Below are positions 10,238 to 21,489 of a DNA stretch of 64,000 nucleotides, piece by piece (the stretch's first letter is position 1; the number at the start of each line of letters is the position of its first letter). The notes beneath the pieces were generated by a model. The model saw nothing but the letters and a program-made list of their open reading frames with translations, did not search any database and was not told where the DNA came from. The translations under genes and the position numbers were made by a program. Source of the stretch: Candidatus Poribacteria bacterium (GTDB taxonomy: Bacteria > Poribacteria > WGA-4E > WGA-3G); NCBI GenBank assembly GCA_965214095.1, contig OZ243938.1, positions 832,001 to 896,000 of the forward strand, written 5' to 3'.

Positions 10238-12583
10238 TCATTTTGGTTCATCTGATTGCATTGCTTTTAGTTCACCTTTGTCATCAAAATCAAATTCAGC
10301 AGCACCCAAGTCTTTTACGGTAATTCGTAAGATGCCATCACGGGAAAACTCGAATTTTAGATTCGGTTTTATCACTGTTCCTCCTCTTGTAGAGATCATC
10401 GTTACTCTTGATTTTCCCTGTGCAATTTTACATCTGTCACCGATTTTCTGCAGTCTATATTCTTCATCTTCCAACCATTTCATAATTGCTTGAACTTCTT
10501 CCACTTTGCTTTTATATGTTGGTTTAGTTTTATCAGTTTTTGATACTTGATTTGCAATTATTCCAATGTTCTCTCTACCAATTTTGTCAAGTATCTGTTC
10601 CCAATCCCATAAGAGGATTGAACCATCCTTACCACCCGTAGCAAGCACTTTGCCATCATGTGAAAACACCATATATTCAATGCTTTCCGAATGTCCTTCA
10701 AGATTAATCAGTTTACTTTCAGCTTTTACATCCCACAGTTGTATCTGACTACCAAATTCATGATGCCATTTTGCCGTAAGTAATATCTGTCCATCAGGAG
10801 ATAAAGTTAATATGTCAACTGCCATAACTTTTTCTACAAGAGTTGAATACAGTTGTTTTCTTGTATGCATATCCCAAATACGGATGCGACCAGAATATCT
10901 GGCTACAAGGATTGATCCATCACGTGAAAACACAAAAGATGATGCCTCTCCAACGAATGGATAATCAAGCGTGTCAAGTTTTTCACCCGTTTTTACATCC
11001 CATAGAATGACTTCTCCTGGACCTCCACCAATTGCGATGGTAGTGTTGTCTGGAGAAAAGCCAACTGCGTTCCTGTCGAAAGAATGCGACCCATCAAACC
11101 GATGAAGTTCTTCCTTAGAGTCAATGTCATACAATACCGTTTCATTCTTATTACCAATTGCAATCAATTTATTGTCGTGAGATATACAGAGCGCACTTGT
11201 TCTGTGTGGTATTGAGAAGAGTTCTGTCTCAATTGGTAATTTCCATAAACGAGTTTCCTTTTGTGGTATTATAGACCTTGAGAATCCAGAACCATCAGAT
11301 TCAACGAAAGTATCTGCACCACGACCAGCGAACAGAGTTGCATCCTGTGAAAATACTGCGACATCAGTTCTATCATAATGTCTATTTAGATGAAAAGGTA
11401 GTTCTTTACCATTATTCACATCCCACATCTGAATTGTACCGTTCTCTGCTGCACTTACCAACATGTTGTTATCTTTCGTGAATGCTAATGCTTCAATAGT
11501 TTCAGTAAAACCTGATGCAAAAATTGACTGTTGTTTGCCGGTATTCACATCCCATAATCGCACTGTTCTATCTTTACTACCGCTGGCAAGTAGTCCATTT
11601 TCAGTAGGTGAAAATGCTAATGCTGTGATAGCATTCTTATGTTCAATGAGAACATTTTTCAATTTTCCTTTTTCTACATCCCATATATGAATTGTGTTGT
11701 CATAGCTGCCACTTGCTACTATTTTACTATCAGATGAGTAAGCAACCGTGTTTACTTTTTCAGTATGTCCTTGAAGTGTATAACGTTCTAGTTTAGTTGT
11801 TATATCCCATATACGGATACAGTTGTTGTTATGTGCACTGGCAATAGTATTTTTGTCAGGTGAATATGCAATTGCTTGAAAACCACCGATAACATTTTTC
11901 TTATCAGGATTTTCCACTGCGTAAGATGGAAGTGGAGCCACTGTTGCTAAATCGGTTTTCTCTTGAAAGAAATTGCCATATAAACCAGATTCAGTAATCC
12001 ACAATCGAATCTCACATTTCTCCTTGTGACCACTAACGAAGGAAGTACCATCTGGAGAAAATGCATGTACAGGTCTGTCAAAATATACTTCCTTCTGTGA
12101 GATTTCTTTACCAGTATTTACATCCCATTTGGTAATATAACGATTAGCACCAAGACCTACAATTGTCTTATCCTCTTCGGCAAAAGTTAGTTCTGCTATT
12201 CTATGAAATCTGTCTGGTAACTTGATGGTTGAGATTTTATTACCGGTTTCTGTATCCCATATCTGTATACCAGGATTGATGATGCCACCCGCAGCAAGAA
12301 TCCTACCATCGGCTGAAAATGCAAATGTATTGAAATATCTGATATTTCCAACCGGTAAAGCACTACCACTTTCGGTTTCCACATTGTAAATCCACACACC
12401 AATAGATGTTCCAATTGCGAGTCGTGTTCCATCTGGAGAAAACTTTATTATATTAACCCCGCCTTTACCGAGGTGTGCAATAGTATATTCAGGTAATTCA
12501 ACTTGCGCGTTTTCTTGCGCGAAGCTGGAAGCGATAAGTGCTATAAATATGAGATAGATCATGATGATGTGTGTTTTTTTCAT
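10238..12583 (-). CDS. Secreted WD40 beta-propeller protein with extra C-terminal domain
   Basis: Signal peptide (..SSFAQ), LPEYTIAHLGKG leader, multiple GH..V..AFS.DG..LASG..D.TI.LWD repeats. Confidence 0.9.
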   Translation of the reverse strand: MKKTHIIMIYLIFIALIASSFAQENAQVELPEYTIAHLGKGGVNIIKFSPDGTRLAIGTSIGVWIYNVETESGSALPVGNIRYFNTFAFSADGRILAAGGIINPGIQIWDTETGNKISTIKLPDRFHRIAELTFAEEDKTIVGLGANRYITKWDVNTGKEISQKEVYFDRPVHAFSPDGTSFVSGHKEKCEIRLWITESGLYGNFFQEKTDLATVAPLPSYAVENPDKKNVIGGFQAIAYSPDKNTIASAHNNNCIRIWDITTKLERYTLQGHTEKVNTVAYSSDSKIVASGSYDNTIHIWDVEKGKLKNVLIEHKNAITALAFSPTENGLLASGSKDRTVRLWDVNTGKQQSIFASGFTETIEALAFTKDNNMLVSAAENGTIQMWDVNNGKELPFHLNRHYDRTDVAVFSQDATLFAGRGADTFVESDGSGFSRSIIPQKETRLWKLPIETELFSIPHRTSALCISHDNKLIAIGNKNETVLYDIDSKEELHRFDGSHSFDRNAVGFSPDNTTIAIGGGPGEVILWDVKTGEKLDTLDYPFVGEASSFVFSRDGSILVARYSGRIRIWDMHTRKQLYSTLVEKVMAVDILTLSPDGQILLTAKWHHEFGSQIQLWDVKAESKLINLEGHSESIEYMVFSHDGKVLATGGKDGSILLWDWEQILDKIGRENIGIIANQVSKTDKTKPTYKSKVEEVQAIMKWLEDEEYRLQKIGDRCKIAQGKSRVTMISTRGGTVIKPNLKFEFSRDGILRITVKDLGAAEFDFDDKGELKAMQSDEPK

Positions 12584-14592
12584 CTATTATTCTCCTGAGT
12601 TTTCTTTATATTTTGTAAGATCCTCTCCCAATCCCATAAGAGAACGGTTCCATCTATACTCCCACTTGCGAGCATTTTGCCGTCATGTGAGAAAAGAAGT
12701 TTTGAGATTGCTTCCAAATGTCCAATCAATGTACCTGACAAATTACCTGATTCCAAATCCCATATTTGTATGTTAACACCTTTACCCGTCCCAATAACGT
12801 CAAGCAACATCTTTCCATCGGGAGAAAAAACCAAAATATGATAAAGACCCAGACTACCATTTGGTGTAAATCTCTTATGAAATTCCAAATCTGTAGATTT
12901 TATTTGAAATATGTCAATATGATCAGAATGTTTGAGTGCAAGCATACTACTATCTGGAGAAAACGATACAACGTTGAATTCCTGTATATTTGGAGGCGAG
13001 ATGTTTCGTTGTGTAACTACATCCCACACTTCAGTATCTGAAAATGCATCGTCAATAACAAGTAGTTTTCCATTAGGGGAAAACTTCACGCCTGTCGGAT
13101 GAGAAAATCCTTTATTATTACTAAATATTTCTGTTAGTGTCACAATATCCAATATTTTAACGCCAGAAAAGGGATCATAAACTGCAATCATACTGTTGTC
13201 AGGTGAAAATGCAAATATTAATGTCATTTGTGGATAGACGCTTAATCGTTCACCTAAGGGAAGTATCAACAAATTTATTCCTTTACCTTGATTATAACTT
13301 ATGTCATTTCTCTGTCCACTCACACTGTTATTTGTTACTGCACCTTTGTATGCAAGGATGGTAGCGTCATGTGATAAAGATAATACAGATCTTATATCTA
13401 AACTTTCCAATTGAGGTATTGGTATTGATTTTCCAGTTTTTATATCCCATACCTGGACTGCACCGTGTCTTGTTACACAGCTAAGTCTTTTATTGTTTTT
13501 GCTGAATGCTAAATCATGGATAGAATCTATATGACCTTGCGCAAAGATTTGCAGTTCTTCACCAGTTTGTGTATCCCAAAAACGTATAGTGCCATCTGAG
13601 CTTCCGCTTGCAAGTACACTTAAGTTAATAGGTGAGAAATCAATTGTTTTTATATCACTTGTGTGTCCTGTAAGTGTTTTGGACAGAGTTCCATTCTCAA
13701 TATCCCAAAGCCTTATTGTTTTGTCATCACTTCCAGTTGCAAGTATCTTATTGTCAGGTGAAAATGCCACGGTATTAATTGACGCTGTATGTCCTATCAG
13801 ACTGTATCGTAGTGTTTTGGTGTCAGTATCCCAAACTCGAATGATATTGTCCACATGTGCACTTACGATATAGTTGTTATCTGGAGAAATACTTAATTCT
13901 ATAATACCGTTTTGGGCATCCGTGTCCTTTTGTAATCCATTTATTGTCTCGGGAACAGTATCATCCTCTAATCCTCCACTAAATATTTCGAGTTCAACAT
14001 CCCATATCCTGAAATTTGAATCATCATTTGAATCTCTATGTACAAATATCTTTCCATCATTTCCTAATGCTGCAATTGACTGATTTTCACTGAATTGAAT
14101 TGCTGAGATTTCTTTATTTGTTTCAAGGTCCCATTTTGTAAGATAACCGTGCGGACTAAGACTAAAAAGGTTCTTTTCGTCCTTTGAGAAAACTAAATCA
14201 ACTACCTGAACAAATCTGTCGTATAATGTGAGATATGGTCTATTATTTTCAGCTGTTAAATCCCAAAATTGAATGGCTTGATTTATTCGATCTCCACATA
14301 CAAGTTTTTTCCCATCAGAAGAAAAAGCAATTGCTGTAATATCATCAGTTTCGTTTGTATGTAATAACTCACCTTTTCCATTTGAAACGTCATACATCCA
14401 CACACCGATATCTGTTGCTACGGCAAGATGTTTACCATCTGGTGAAAAGAGGATGATATTTATACTACTGCCCTTTCCAAACCTTGCGACTGTATATTCA
14501 GATATTTCAAAAGGTGTGTCTGCTTGCGCGAAACCTATAAGAATTATTGAAGTAAGAATTAGTGTTATGGATAAAATGTATTTCATTTTCAT
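12580..14592 (-). CDS. Secreted WD40 repeat protein
   Basis: Signal peptide (..IGFAQ), ARFGKG leader, WD40 repeats; 4-bp overlap with neighbour. Confidence 0.9.
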   Translation of the reverse strand: MKMKYILSITLILTSIILIGFAQADTPFEISEYTVARFGKGSSINIILFSPDGKHLAVATDIGVWMYDVSNGKGELLHTNETDDITAIAFSSDGKKLVCGDRINQAIQFWDLTAENNRPYLTLYDRFVQVVDLVFSKDEKNLFSLSPHGYLTKWDLETNKEISAIQFSENQSIAALGNDGKIFVHRDSNDDSNFRIWDVELEIFSGGLEDDTVPETINGLQKDTDAQNGIIELSISPDNNYIVSAHVDNIIRVWDTDTKTLRYSLIGHTASINTVAFSPDNKILATGSDDKTIRLWDIENGTLSKTLTGHTSDIKTIDFSPINLSVLASGSSDGTIRFWDTQTGEELQIFAQGHIDSIHDLAFSKNNKRLSCVTRHGAVQVWDIKTGKSIPIPQLESLDIRSVLSLSHDATILAYKGAVTNNSVSGQRNDISYNQGKGINLLILPLGERLSVYPQMTLIFAFSPDNSMIAVYDPFSGVKILDIVTLTEIFSNNKGFSHPTGVKFSPNGKLLVIDDAFSDTEVWDVVTQRNISPPNIQEFNVVSFSPDSSMLALKHSDHIDIFQIKSTDLEFHKRFTPNGSLGLYHILVFSPDGKMLLDVIGTGKGVNIQIWDLESGNLSGTLIGHLEAISKLLFSHDGKMLASGSIDGTVLLWDWERILQNIKKTQENNR

Positions 14593-16613
14593 TTCTTTAT
14601 TGCCTTAGAAGGAATTATATTTGAAATAAGCAGCTCCCAATCCCATAGGAGGATTGTCCCATCTAAACTTCCACTTGCCAAAATCTTGCCGTCATGTGAA
14701 AATGTAAGTGTTTCAATAACACCTGTATGTCCAGAAAGGAATGTTCCAAGTTCTCTCTTATTGTGTATCTCCCACACTCTTATACCAGATTGGGGACCAA
14801 TTCTTGTTCGTCCAAGAAGATATTTTCCATCTATACAGAAGATAATTAATCTATCATTTATTGGGTAATCTTTTTTAGATATTGTTTCAAATTTCTGCAA
14901 TTTCTTAGTGGTTATCATCCACATGTCAATACCATCAGAATGTTTCAGAGCAATCTTGGAGTTATCAGGTGAAAATGCTATGACACTTGCTTCTTTGATC
15001 TCAGAAGGCGTGATTTCGCGTTTCGTTTTTACATTCCACACTTGTGTAGGGATTCCATAACCATAGGCGGCAAGTAGTTTTGAATCGTTTGAGAAAATTA
15101 ACTTTCTCGAAACCGAATCTGCTACGATCCAACCGAACATCTTTTTTCTCGTTTTTATATTCCATAATTCTACACCGTTTAACCTTGTATCTGCTGCGAG
15201 AATAGTATTATCAGGTGATACTGTTACTGCCAACGCATATTGTGGAAATGTCGCAAGTACATCACCGGTAGGAAGACTAAGTAACTTAGTTTTCTTATCA
15301 TTATCCCATTCTATCACTGAGTAATACCCATCCCAATAAACAGTACTATCCGCCCCGTGACTGATAAAAAGTGATGCATCTTTTGAAAAGTCAAATTCAT
15401 AGAACATATTTTCTTGAACCACTATAGGTGAATATTTCTCTTCACCTGTCTGGACATTCCAACCATGAATTGTACCATTTGATATTGCGCTATAAATCGT
15501 GGTGTTATCAGAATTAAATGCGATTGCTTCAACAGACTCCGGATGACCAGTTGTAATAATAGTCTGTTCTTTCCGATTTTTAATGTTCCATAATCGCACA
15601 GTTCCGTCAGCACCTCCACTTGCCAGTATATTATCATCAGTAGGTGAGAAGGCAAGCGTTTTGATATTCCCTTGATGTCCAGTTAATGTTCCGCGCTTAC
15701 GACCTTTACGGACATCCCACAACATTATTTTGCTATCCTCTCCTCCACTTGCAAGCATAGTGTTGTCTTTGGAAAACGTAATTACATTAATCATCTGAGT
15801 ATGTCCCTTAAGATCGATACGTTGAACGCCAGTAGTAGTATTCCATAATCTGATTTTGTTATCACCGTGTGCACTTGCGACTGTTTTACCATCAGATGAT
15901 AATGCAATTACATTTAAATGCATACCCTTATTATCATCTTGTCTACGCCCAAACAGTTCTGATAGAAACCTTTCAAAACCTGATTGTTGTTTTTTCGAAT
16001 AAACTAATCCTAAACTCTCTGTATCCGGATTCCATTGACGAATTTTCCCATTTCTCATATCACCGATGACAAAAGTACTTCCATACTTTTCTAAAGCGAA
16101 TACAGACAAAGTCGGATCCTCTATATTCCTAATGCTACTAATACCAGTTTCAATGTTCCATTCAATCATTCCATTCATATTCAAACCGATGAGTTTTTTA
16201 TTATCTTCGGAGAAAACAATTTCCTCAGGACTATAATTCTTAGGTATTTTTAGAACTGACAGTTTGGTGAGAGTTTCTAAATTCCATAATAGGACGAATT
16301 TGTCTAATGCAACATGGACAGCAAGAATTTTTCCATTGGAAGAATATACAAGTGCATCAATATATCTTACTGAATCTGATTGAAGTACTTTACCATTACC
16401 ATCTTCAACATCATATAACCACACACCGATTGATGTTCCGATAACAAGTTGCGTCCCATCAGGTGAAAACTGCATTGCGTTTATACCACCTTTACCAAAC
16501 CTTGCAATTGCACCTTCAGGTAATTCAATAGATGTGTTGACTTGTGCATTTATGTTTGTGGTAAACGCAATTACGAGAAATGCCAATAAAAGATAAAAGT
16601 ACTTTCTTTTCAT
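14589..16613 (-). CDS. Secreted WD40 repeat protein
   Basis: Signal peptide (..NINAQ), LPEGAIARFGKG leader, WD40 repeats. Confidence 0.9.
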   Translation of the reverse strand: MKRKYFYLLLAFLVIAFTTNINAQVNTSIELPEGAIARFGKGGINAMQFSPDGTQLVIGTSIGVWLYDVEDGNGKVLQSDSVRYIDALVYSSNGKILAVHVALDKFVLLWNLETLTKLSVLKIPKNYSPEEIVFSEDNKKLIGLNMNGMIEWNIETGISSIRNIEDPTLSVFALEKYGSTFVIGDMRNGKIRQWNPDTESLGLVYSKKQQSGFERFLSELFGRRQDDNKGMHLNVIALSSDGKTVASAHGDNKIRLWNTTTGVQRIDLKGHTQMINVITFSKDNTMLASGGEDSKIMLWDVRKGRKRGTLTGHQGNIKTLAFSPTDDNILASGGADGTVRLWNIKNRKEQTIITTGHPESVEAIAFNSDNTTIYSAISNGTIHGWNVQTGEEKYSPIVVQENMFYEFDFSKDASLFISHGADSTVYWDGYYSVIEWDNDKKTKLLSLPTGDVLATFPQYALAVTVSPDNTILAADTRLNGVELWNIKTRKKMFGWIVADSVSRKLIFSNDSKLLAAYGYGIPTQVWNVKTKREITPSEIKEASVIAFSPDNSKIALKHSDGIDMWMITTKKLQKFETISKKDYPINDRLIIFCIDGKYLLGRTRIGPQSGIRVWEIHNKRELGTFLSGHTGVIETLTFSHDGKILASGSLDGTILLWDWELLISNIIPSKAIKK

Positions 16614-16627
16614 TTATTAATCTCCAT

Positions 16628-18628
16628 TTACTTTCGTGCTTTTGATAGTACTTTTTCCCAGTCCCACAGAAGTACTGTGCCATCACTAGCACCACTTGCA
16701 AGTGTCTTTCCATCATGTGAAAAAACAAGAGAATAGATTTTCCATGCGTGTCCGGGTAATGAACCTAAGTCATTGCCAGTCTCCACTTCCCAAAGTTGTA
16801 TGATATCTTTCTCTTTTGATGTCGCATGTAGCAGTATTTTACTATCTGGAGAAAACAGAAGAACTTCACCTAACCCCCAGTGTGCATCAATGTGAGTTTT
16901 ATGTCTGTGAATTCCCTCAGGTGATATATCCCATAATACAATGCCTTCATTGTTGCTACTTGCCATCAATTTGTTATCTGGAGAGAATGCTAAAGCGTTT
17001 CCATCTTTAATACCATCAGGTGTAATCTCCTGTTCAGTGGACATATCCCAGATTCGTTTTTTTCTGAACGTTCCATACGTGGCAAACATCTCCCCATTTG
17101 AAGAAAACATTAGTTTCTCATCAAACGTATTTCTAATTTGTAAATTCCACTTTGCTTCCCAAGTCTCTGTATTTATAAATCTTAGTTCCTTCCTCGTCCA
17201 TGATGCAAGAATACTATTATCTGGTGAGAATGCGAGTGATCCCGCTTCCTGCTGGAGTGTGACCAGTTTGTCACCTGTGGATAATACCCAAACATTAGTA
17301 TCGCTATATGATCTCCAAGATGTACTAACACCACCTTCATTAGAACGAACAGTAGACTCTGATCCTCGACTTGCATACATCGTTGCATCATGTGATAAAG
17401 CCAATGCGATCGTTTTGTCATAAGACTGAACTGATGGAGATGGATGCAGTTTTTTTGTTTCTAAATCCCATATTTGTACAGAACCGTTATCTGTCGCAGC
17501 CGCAATCTTTGTGTTATCCTCAGTGAACGCTACTGACTTGATTCCAACTGTATGTCCTGTTGCAAAGATTGCCTTTTCCTGTCTTGTATTGACATCCCAA
17601 AACCGAATAGAACCATCTGAACACCCACTTGCAAGTATATGACCATCTGGTGAAAATGTTAAAGCATTGACACCATCAAAACGTCCTGAAAGAGTATCCA
17701 ATAAACTTTTCTTAGATAAATCCCAGAATTTAATGGTTTCATCCTCACTACCACTTACAAGTAGTTTTCCATCAGGTGAATAAGCAATTGTGTTTATTCT
17801 TTCTGTATGACCTATAAATGTAGCAGATTCGGAACTTTCTGATATATCCCATAATCGGATATTACTGTCATCATGTGCGCTTGCAACCGTTTTCAAATCT
17901 GGTGAATAGGCAAGTCTATATACGCCGCTCTTTGGTTCAGCTTCAAAATCCGTAAGTAACCGTCCATCCGTTGCATTCCATAATCGTATCTCACCATCCT
18001 TCGGATCACCGCTTACATAGGTTTTCCCGTCCTGTGTTATTTCAACCTTTTCGTAAGGATGATCATTGTAGGTTTTCAAGAATTTGATTATCTTTCCTGT
18101 TGCAACATCCCAATGGATTATTTCTCCAAAATAGTGTGGTGTAATGAGTGTTTTATTGTCCTCTGAAAATGCTATTGCATAAGCTTTATCCTGCTTATAA
18201 GTTGCAGGGAGCATTGATAATTCTTTTCCAGAGTCAACATCCCACAGTTGAGTAACGAAGTTAGCTGCTTCAGAAACCGCCAGAATCTTGCTGTCATGTG
18301 AAAATGCAAGGCATCTGATGTAAGAGATGGAATCAACAGTCCATTCTTTTGCTAACGGTTTGTTGTAAACCTTTAGGTCTACTGTTCTCGCTTCAGATCT
18401 GAACAATGCTTTGGCACTACCAGTGCTGATATCATATAGCCAGACACCGACTGAAGTTCCTACAGCGAGATGTTTCCCATTTGGAGAAAAACGCATCACT
18501 GAAATACGTCCTTTGCCAAGCCGCGCGGTTGCTCCTTCAGGTAATCCTACTTGGGTGTTGTCTTGCGCAAAACAAGCTGAAATTATTACCGTGATTAATA
18601 GAATTGTGCTGAATAAATTGATTTTCAT
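16628..18628 (-). CDS. Secreted WD40 repeat protein
   Basis: Signal peptide (..ACFAQ), LPEGATARLGKG leader, WD40 repeats. Confidence 0.9.
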   Translation of the reverse strand: MKINLFSTILLITVIISACFAQDNTQVGLPEGATARLGKGRISVMRFSPNGKHLAVGTSVGVWLYDISTGSAKALFRSEARTVDLKVYNKPLAKEWTVDSISYIRCLAFSHDSKILAVSEAANFVTQLWDVDSGKELSMLPATYKQDKAYAIAFSEDNKTLITPHYFGEIIHWDVATGKIIKFLKTYNDHPYEKVEITQDGKTYVSGDPKDGEIRLWNATDGRLLTDFEAEPKSGVYRLAYSPDLKTVASAHDDSNIRLWDISESSESATFIGHTERINTIAYSPDGKLLVSGSEDETIKFWDLSKKSLLDTLSGRFDGVNALTFSPDGHILASGCSDGSIRFWDVNTRQEKAIFATGHTVGIKSVAFTEDNTKIAAATDNGSVQIWDLETKKLHPSPSVQSYDKTIALALSHDATMYASRGSESTVRSNEGGVSTSWRSYSDTNVWVLSTGDKLVTLQQEAGSLAFSPDNSILASWTRKELRFINTETWEAKWNLQIRNTFDEKLMFSSNGEMFATYGTFRKKRIWDMSTEQEITPDGIKDGNALAFSPDNKLMASSNNEGIVLWDISPEGIHRHKTHIDAHWGLGEVLLFSPDSKILLHATSKEKDIIQLWEVETGNDLGSLPGHAWKIYSLVFSHDGKTLASGASDGTVLLWDWEKVLSKARK

Positions 18629-18653
18629 TTGATTAAATCCTTCATTTTATATT

Positions 18654-20957
18654 CTACTCATTTTCTGCTGGTTTATATTTTAGATTGCCTTTCTCATCAA
18701 ATATAAAGGTTGACGAACCTACTTCTGTACGAATATTAAGCACTCCATTCCTGTCAACAATTACAGTGACATTTCTTACTCTCATTGTTCCTCCACCACC
18801 ACCAGAGATTGTAGAAGTACTTCCATTGTGTTTAACCCTATATCCATTATTGAGTTTTATAATTTGATAACCATTGTCATTCAACCAGTTTAAAACTGCT
18901 GCAGCTTCCTCCACCTTTCCATTATACTTTATTGGATCAGGTATAGTTATCAAGTTGTTACTAACGTCTTTACCTAAATGCTCTGTCTTCAACTTCGTTG
19001 AGATTCTATCCCAATCCCAGAGTAAGACTGTTCCATCTTGGCTACCACTTGCCAGTGTTTTCCCATCGTGTGAAAATACAAGTGATTCTATAAATTCGGT
19101 ATGACCAGACAGTTCACCCAGATATGTACCTGTATCCACATGCCATAATTTCATCGTTGTTGTCCATATATCCATTCCTGACCCAATGAGTATTGTACCA
19201 TCAGTGGAGAAGGTTATTTCATTTTTAAATCCGCCTAATTTTCCTTGAATTAAGCTATGTTTTTTCTCTTGGTCATTGTCTAATCTCCACAAATAAATAC
19301 CTTCCTTACTTAATGCAGCAAGTGTTGAACTGTCTGGAGAGAATGCTACTGCTCTTGACCCTTTTAGGTTTGTTGGCGTGATGTCACGTTGTGTAGAAAT
19401 TTCCCACACTTGTGGATAACCCTGATCGCTCGTAACAGCAAGTTTTTGTCCATCAGGAGAAAACCTGATTTTTTCATGATGTAAAGTCTGTTTCATATTA
19501 AGTCTGAATAGTTCTGTTCCAGTCGTGAAGTGCAACCCAAGAATGTCTTTATTTCTTAGAAAGGCAATGATGTTGTTGTCTGAAGACATAGCTACCGATG
19601 AACCTCTAAGTAGACCAACTTGCCATAGGGGATTGAGCCGTTCATAAGTGTTTAAATTCCATACCTGAATATTAAAAGTTCCTCTTGTTGAACTACGTAT
19701 TCCAAATCCATCAGGTTTAAACCAAATCATACCTGCACTACCATGAAATATGTAATACTTTGCATCGTTGGATAGGAAAACTGTTTCGGATGTGTCACTT
19801 TGAGCTTCTGCAAAAGTAGATAGTTTTTGATTGGTCGTGAGGTCCCATATTTCTACAGTTCCATTAAACGCAGCAGTTGTGAGTGTAGAATCATCTTCAG
19901 AAAATGCTATTGATTTTATGAATTCTGTGTGACCAGTCGTAAATAAAGCAAGTTCCTTTCCGTTGTGAGGATTCCAAAAACGAATAGTACCATCTGCACT
20001 TCCACTTGCCAGACACATACCGTAAAGCGGTGTTCCTTTTGGGGCAAAAGTTAATACACTGACAATACTATTATGACCCGTAATAGTTACCCGTTCTTTT
20101 TGTGATTCTAAATCCCAGATTTTGATAACCTTTCCTGCATCACCACTTGCAAGTGTTTTTCTATCTTCTGAGAATGCCAGAGCGGTAACCCATGCATTAT
20201 GTCCTGAAAACGTTGTAAGTTCAGTGTCTTTATTTTTATTCCATAACTGTATTGTTTTGTTTTCTCCGCCACTTGCAATTATTGTTTCATCTGGTGAGAG
20301 TGCTAACGTATAGATATCGTTGTCATCATCCTGCCATTTTCTCGGCAATGTAGTATCTATACTCATCGTTGTGGTATCCCATAAGTGAAGTGTACCGTCC
20401 CTTCCTGCAACTGCAAATTTACTTCCATCTTCAGAAAACGTAGATAAGTCACAGGGATTATCAAATCTTGTACTTGACAATCTATTACCTGTGTCTATAT
20501 TCCAATATGAGAATCCTCCTGCTCCATCTATGCTAACAAGCGTCCTGCCATAGAAAGCTAAGTTTGAAATTACAACATGACCTTGTGAGATAGTGATTGA
20601 AGAGTGTTTTCTTTTAGTTTCTATGTCCCATACTTGTATAATTGGGTTATTAAATCCTCCGCTTGCAAGGAATCTTCCATCATGTGAGAATGCGAGTGCA
20701 TTGACATGTTCAGTATGTCCTGTAAACAAAGCTGTTTCATTTGCATGCGGCACTTCGTATAACCAGACCCCAACATCTGTGCCAACAGCAAGATATGTAC
20801 CATCAGGTGAAAATCGCATAATATTAATCCCACCTTTACCGAGACGCGCGATTGCCCCTTCAGGCAAGCCTAATTGTGTGCTGTCCTGTGCAATTATTGA
20901 TATATTTGTTATGAAAATTAGGAATATTATTAGAATAGTGGTGTTAACTTGTTTCAT
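18654..20957 (-). CDS. Secreted WD40 protein with extra C-terminal domain
   Basis: Signal peptide (..SIIAQ), LPEGAIARLGKG leader, WD40 repeats, GGAG RBS. Confidence 0.9.
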   Translation of the reverse strand: MKQVNTTILIIFLIFITNISIIAQDSTQLGLPEGAIARLGKGGINIMRFSPDGTYLAVGTDVGVWLYEVPHANETALFTGHTEHVNALAFSHDGRFLASGGFNNPIIQVWDIETKRKHSSITISQGHVVISNLAFYGRTLVSIDGAGGFSYWNIDTGNRLSSTRFDNPCDLSTFSEDGSKFAVAGRDGTLHLWDTTTMSIDTTLPRKWQDDDNDIYTLALSPDETIIASGGENKTIQLWNKNKDTELTTFSGHNAWVTALAFSEDRKTLASGDAGKVIKIWDLESQKERVTITGHNSIVSVLTFAPKGTPLYGMCLASGSADGTIRFWNPHNGKELALFTTGHTEFIKSIAFSEDDSTLTTAAFNGTVEIWDLTTNQKLSTFAEAQSDTSETVFLSNDAKYYIFHGSAGMIWFKPDGFGIRSSTRGTFNIQVWNLNTYERLNPLWQVGLLRGSSVAMSSDNNIIAFLRNKDILGLHFTTGTELFRLNMKQTLHHEKIRFSPDGQKLAVTSDQGYPQVWEISTQRDITPTNLKGSRAVAFSPDSSTLAALSKEGIYLWRLDNDQEKKHSLIQGKLGGFKNEITFSTDGTILIGSGMDIWTTTMKLWHVDTGTYLGELSGHTEFIESLVFSHDGKTLASGSQDGTVLLWDWDRISTKLKTEHLGKDVSNNLITIPDPIKYNGKVEEAAAVLNWLNDNGYQIIKLNNGYRVKHNGSTSTISGGGGGTMRVRNVTVIVDRNGVLNIRTEVGSSTFIFDEKGNLKYKPAENE

Positions 20958-21130
20958 TGTTTCTCCCTACTTATGTGTAGAAGCTGCAGGATGTATAGGT
21001 AAGTTTGAGAACCAAAGAAAAATCTTGAGAAAATACAAAACTTGTGTAATACTATTAGTATATATCATCTCACGGTTCTTATTCCACCCAAAATCTATCA
21101 AAAGAAAACACGCAATTGGAGACACTATCT

Positions 21131-21430
21131 ATGGTTGAACACATCGTCCTACTAAAATTGAAGTCGGATGTTACCTCAGCACAATTGGATGCATTACCTG
21201 ATGCATTGATGAAAATGAAGGATGAAATACCCGGAATTGAATCCATCACAGCTGGTACGAACAACAGTCCTGAAGGAAAAAGCCAAGATTATTCCTACGG
21301 ATTTATCGTCAGATTTACAGATGAAGCAGCACGTGATGCATATCTACCTCATCCCTTTCACCGTCAAGTCGCAGGAGAGCATATTCGGCCACTTGTTGAG
21401 GATGTACTCGTTTTTGATTATACTGTCTAA
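21131..21430 (+). CDS. Dabb-family stress-responsive alpha/beta barrel protein
   Basis: MVEHIVLLKLK...IPGI...G.NNSPE...F....ARDAYLPHP.H...VFDY; GGAG RBS. Confidence 0.9.
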   Translation: MVEHIVLLKLKSDVTSAQLDALPDALMKMKDEIPGIESITAGTNNSPEGKSQDYSYGFIVRFTDEAARDAYLPHPFHRQVAGEHIRPLVEDVLVFDYTV

Positions 21431-21489
21431 TATTGATTAAATTTATAAGAATATTATTTGATTTATCTAAATCTCTTTGGAGGAAATAT

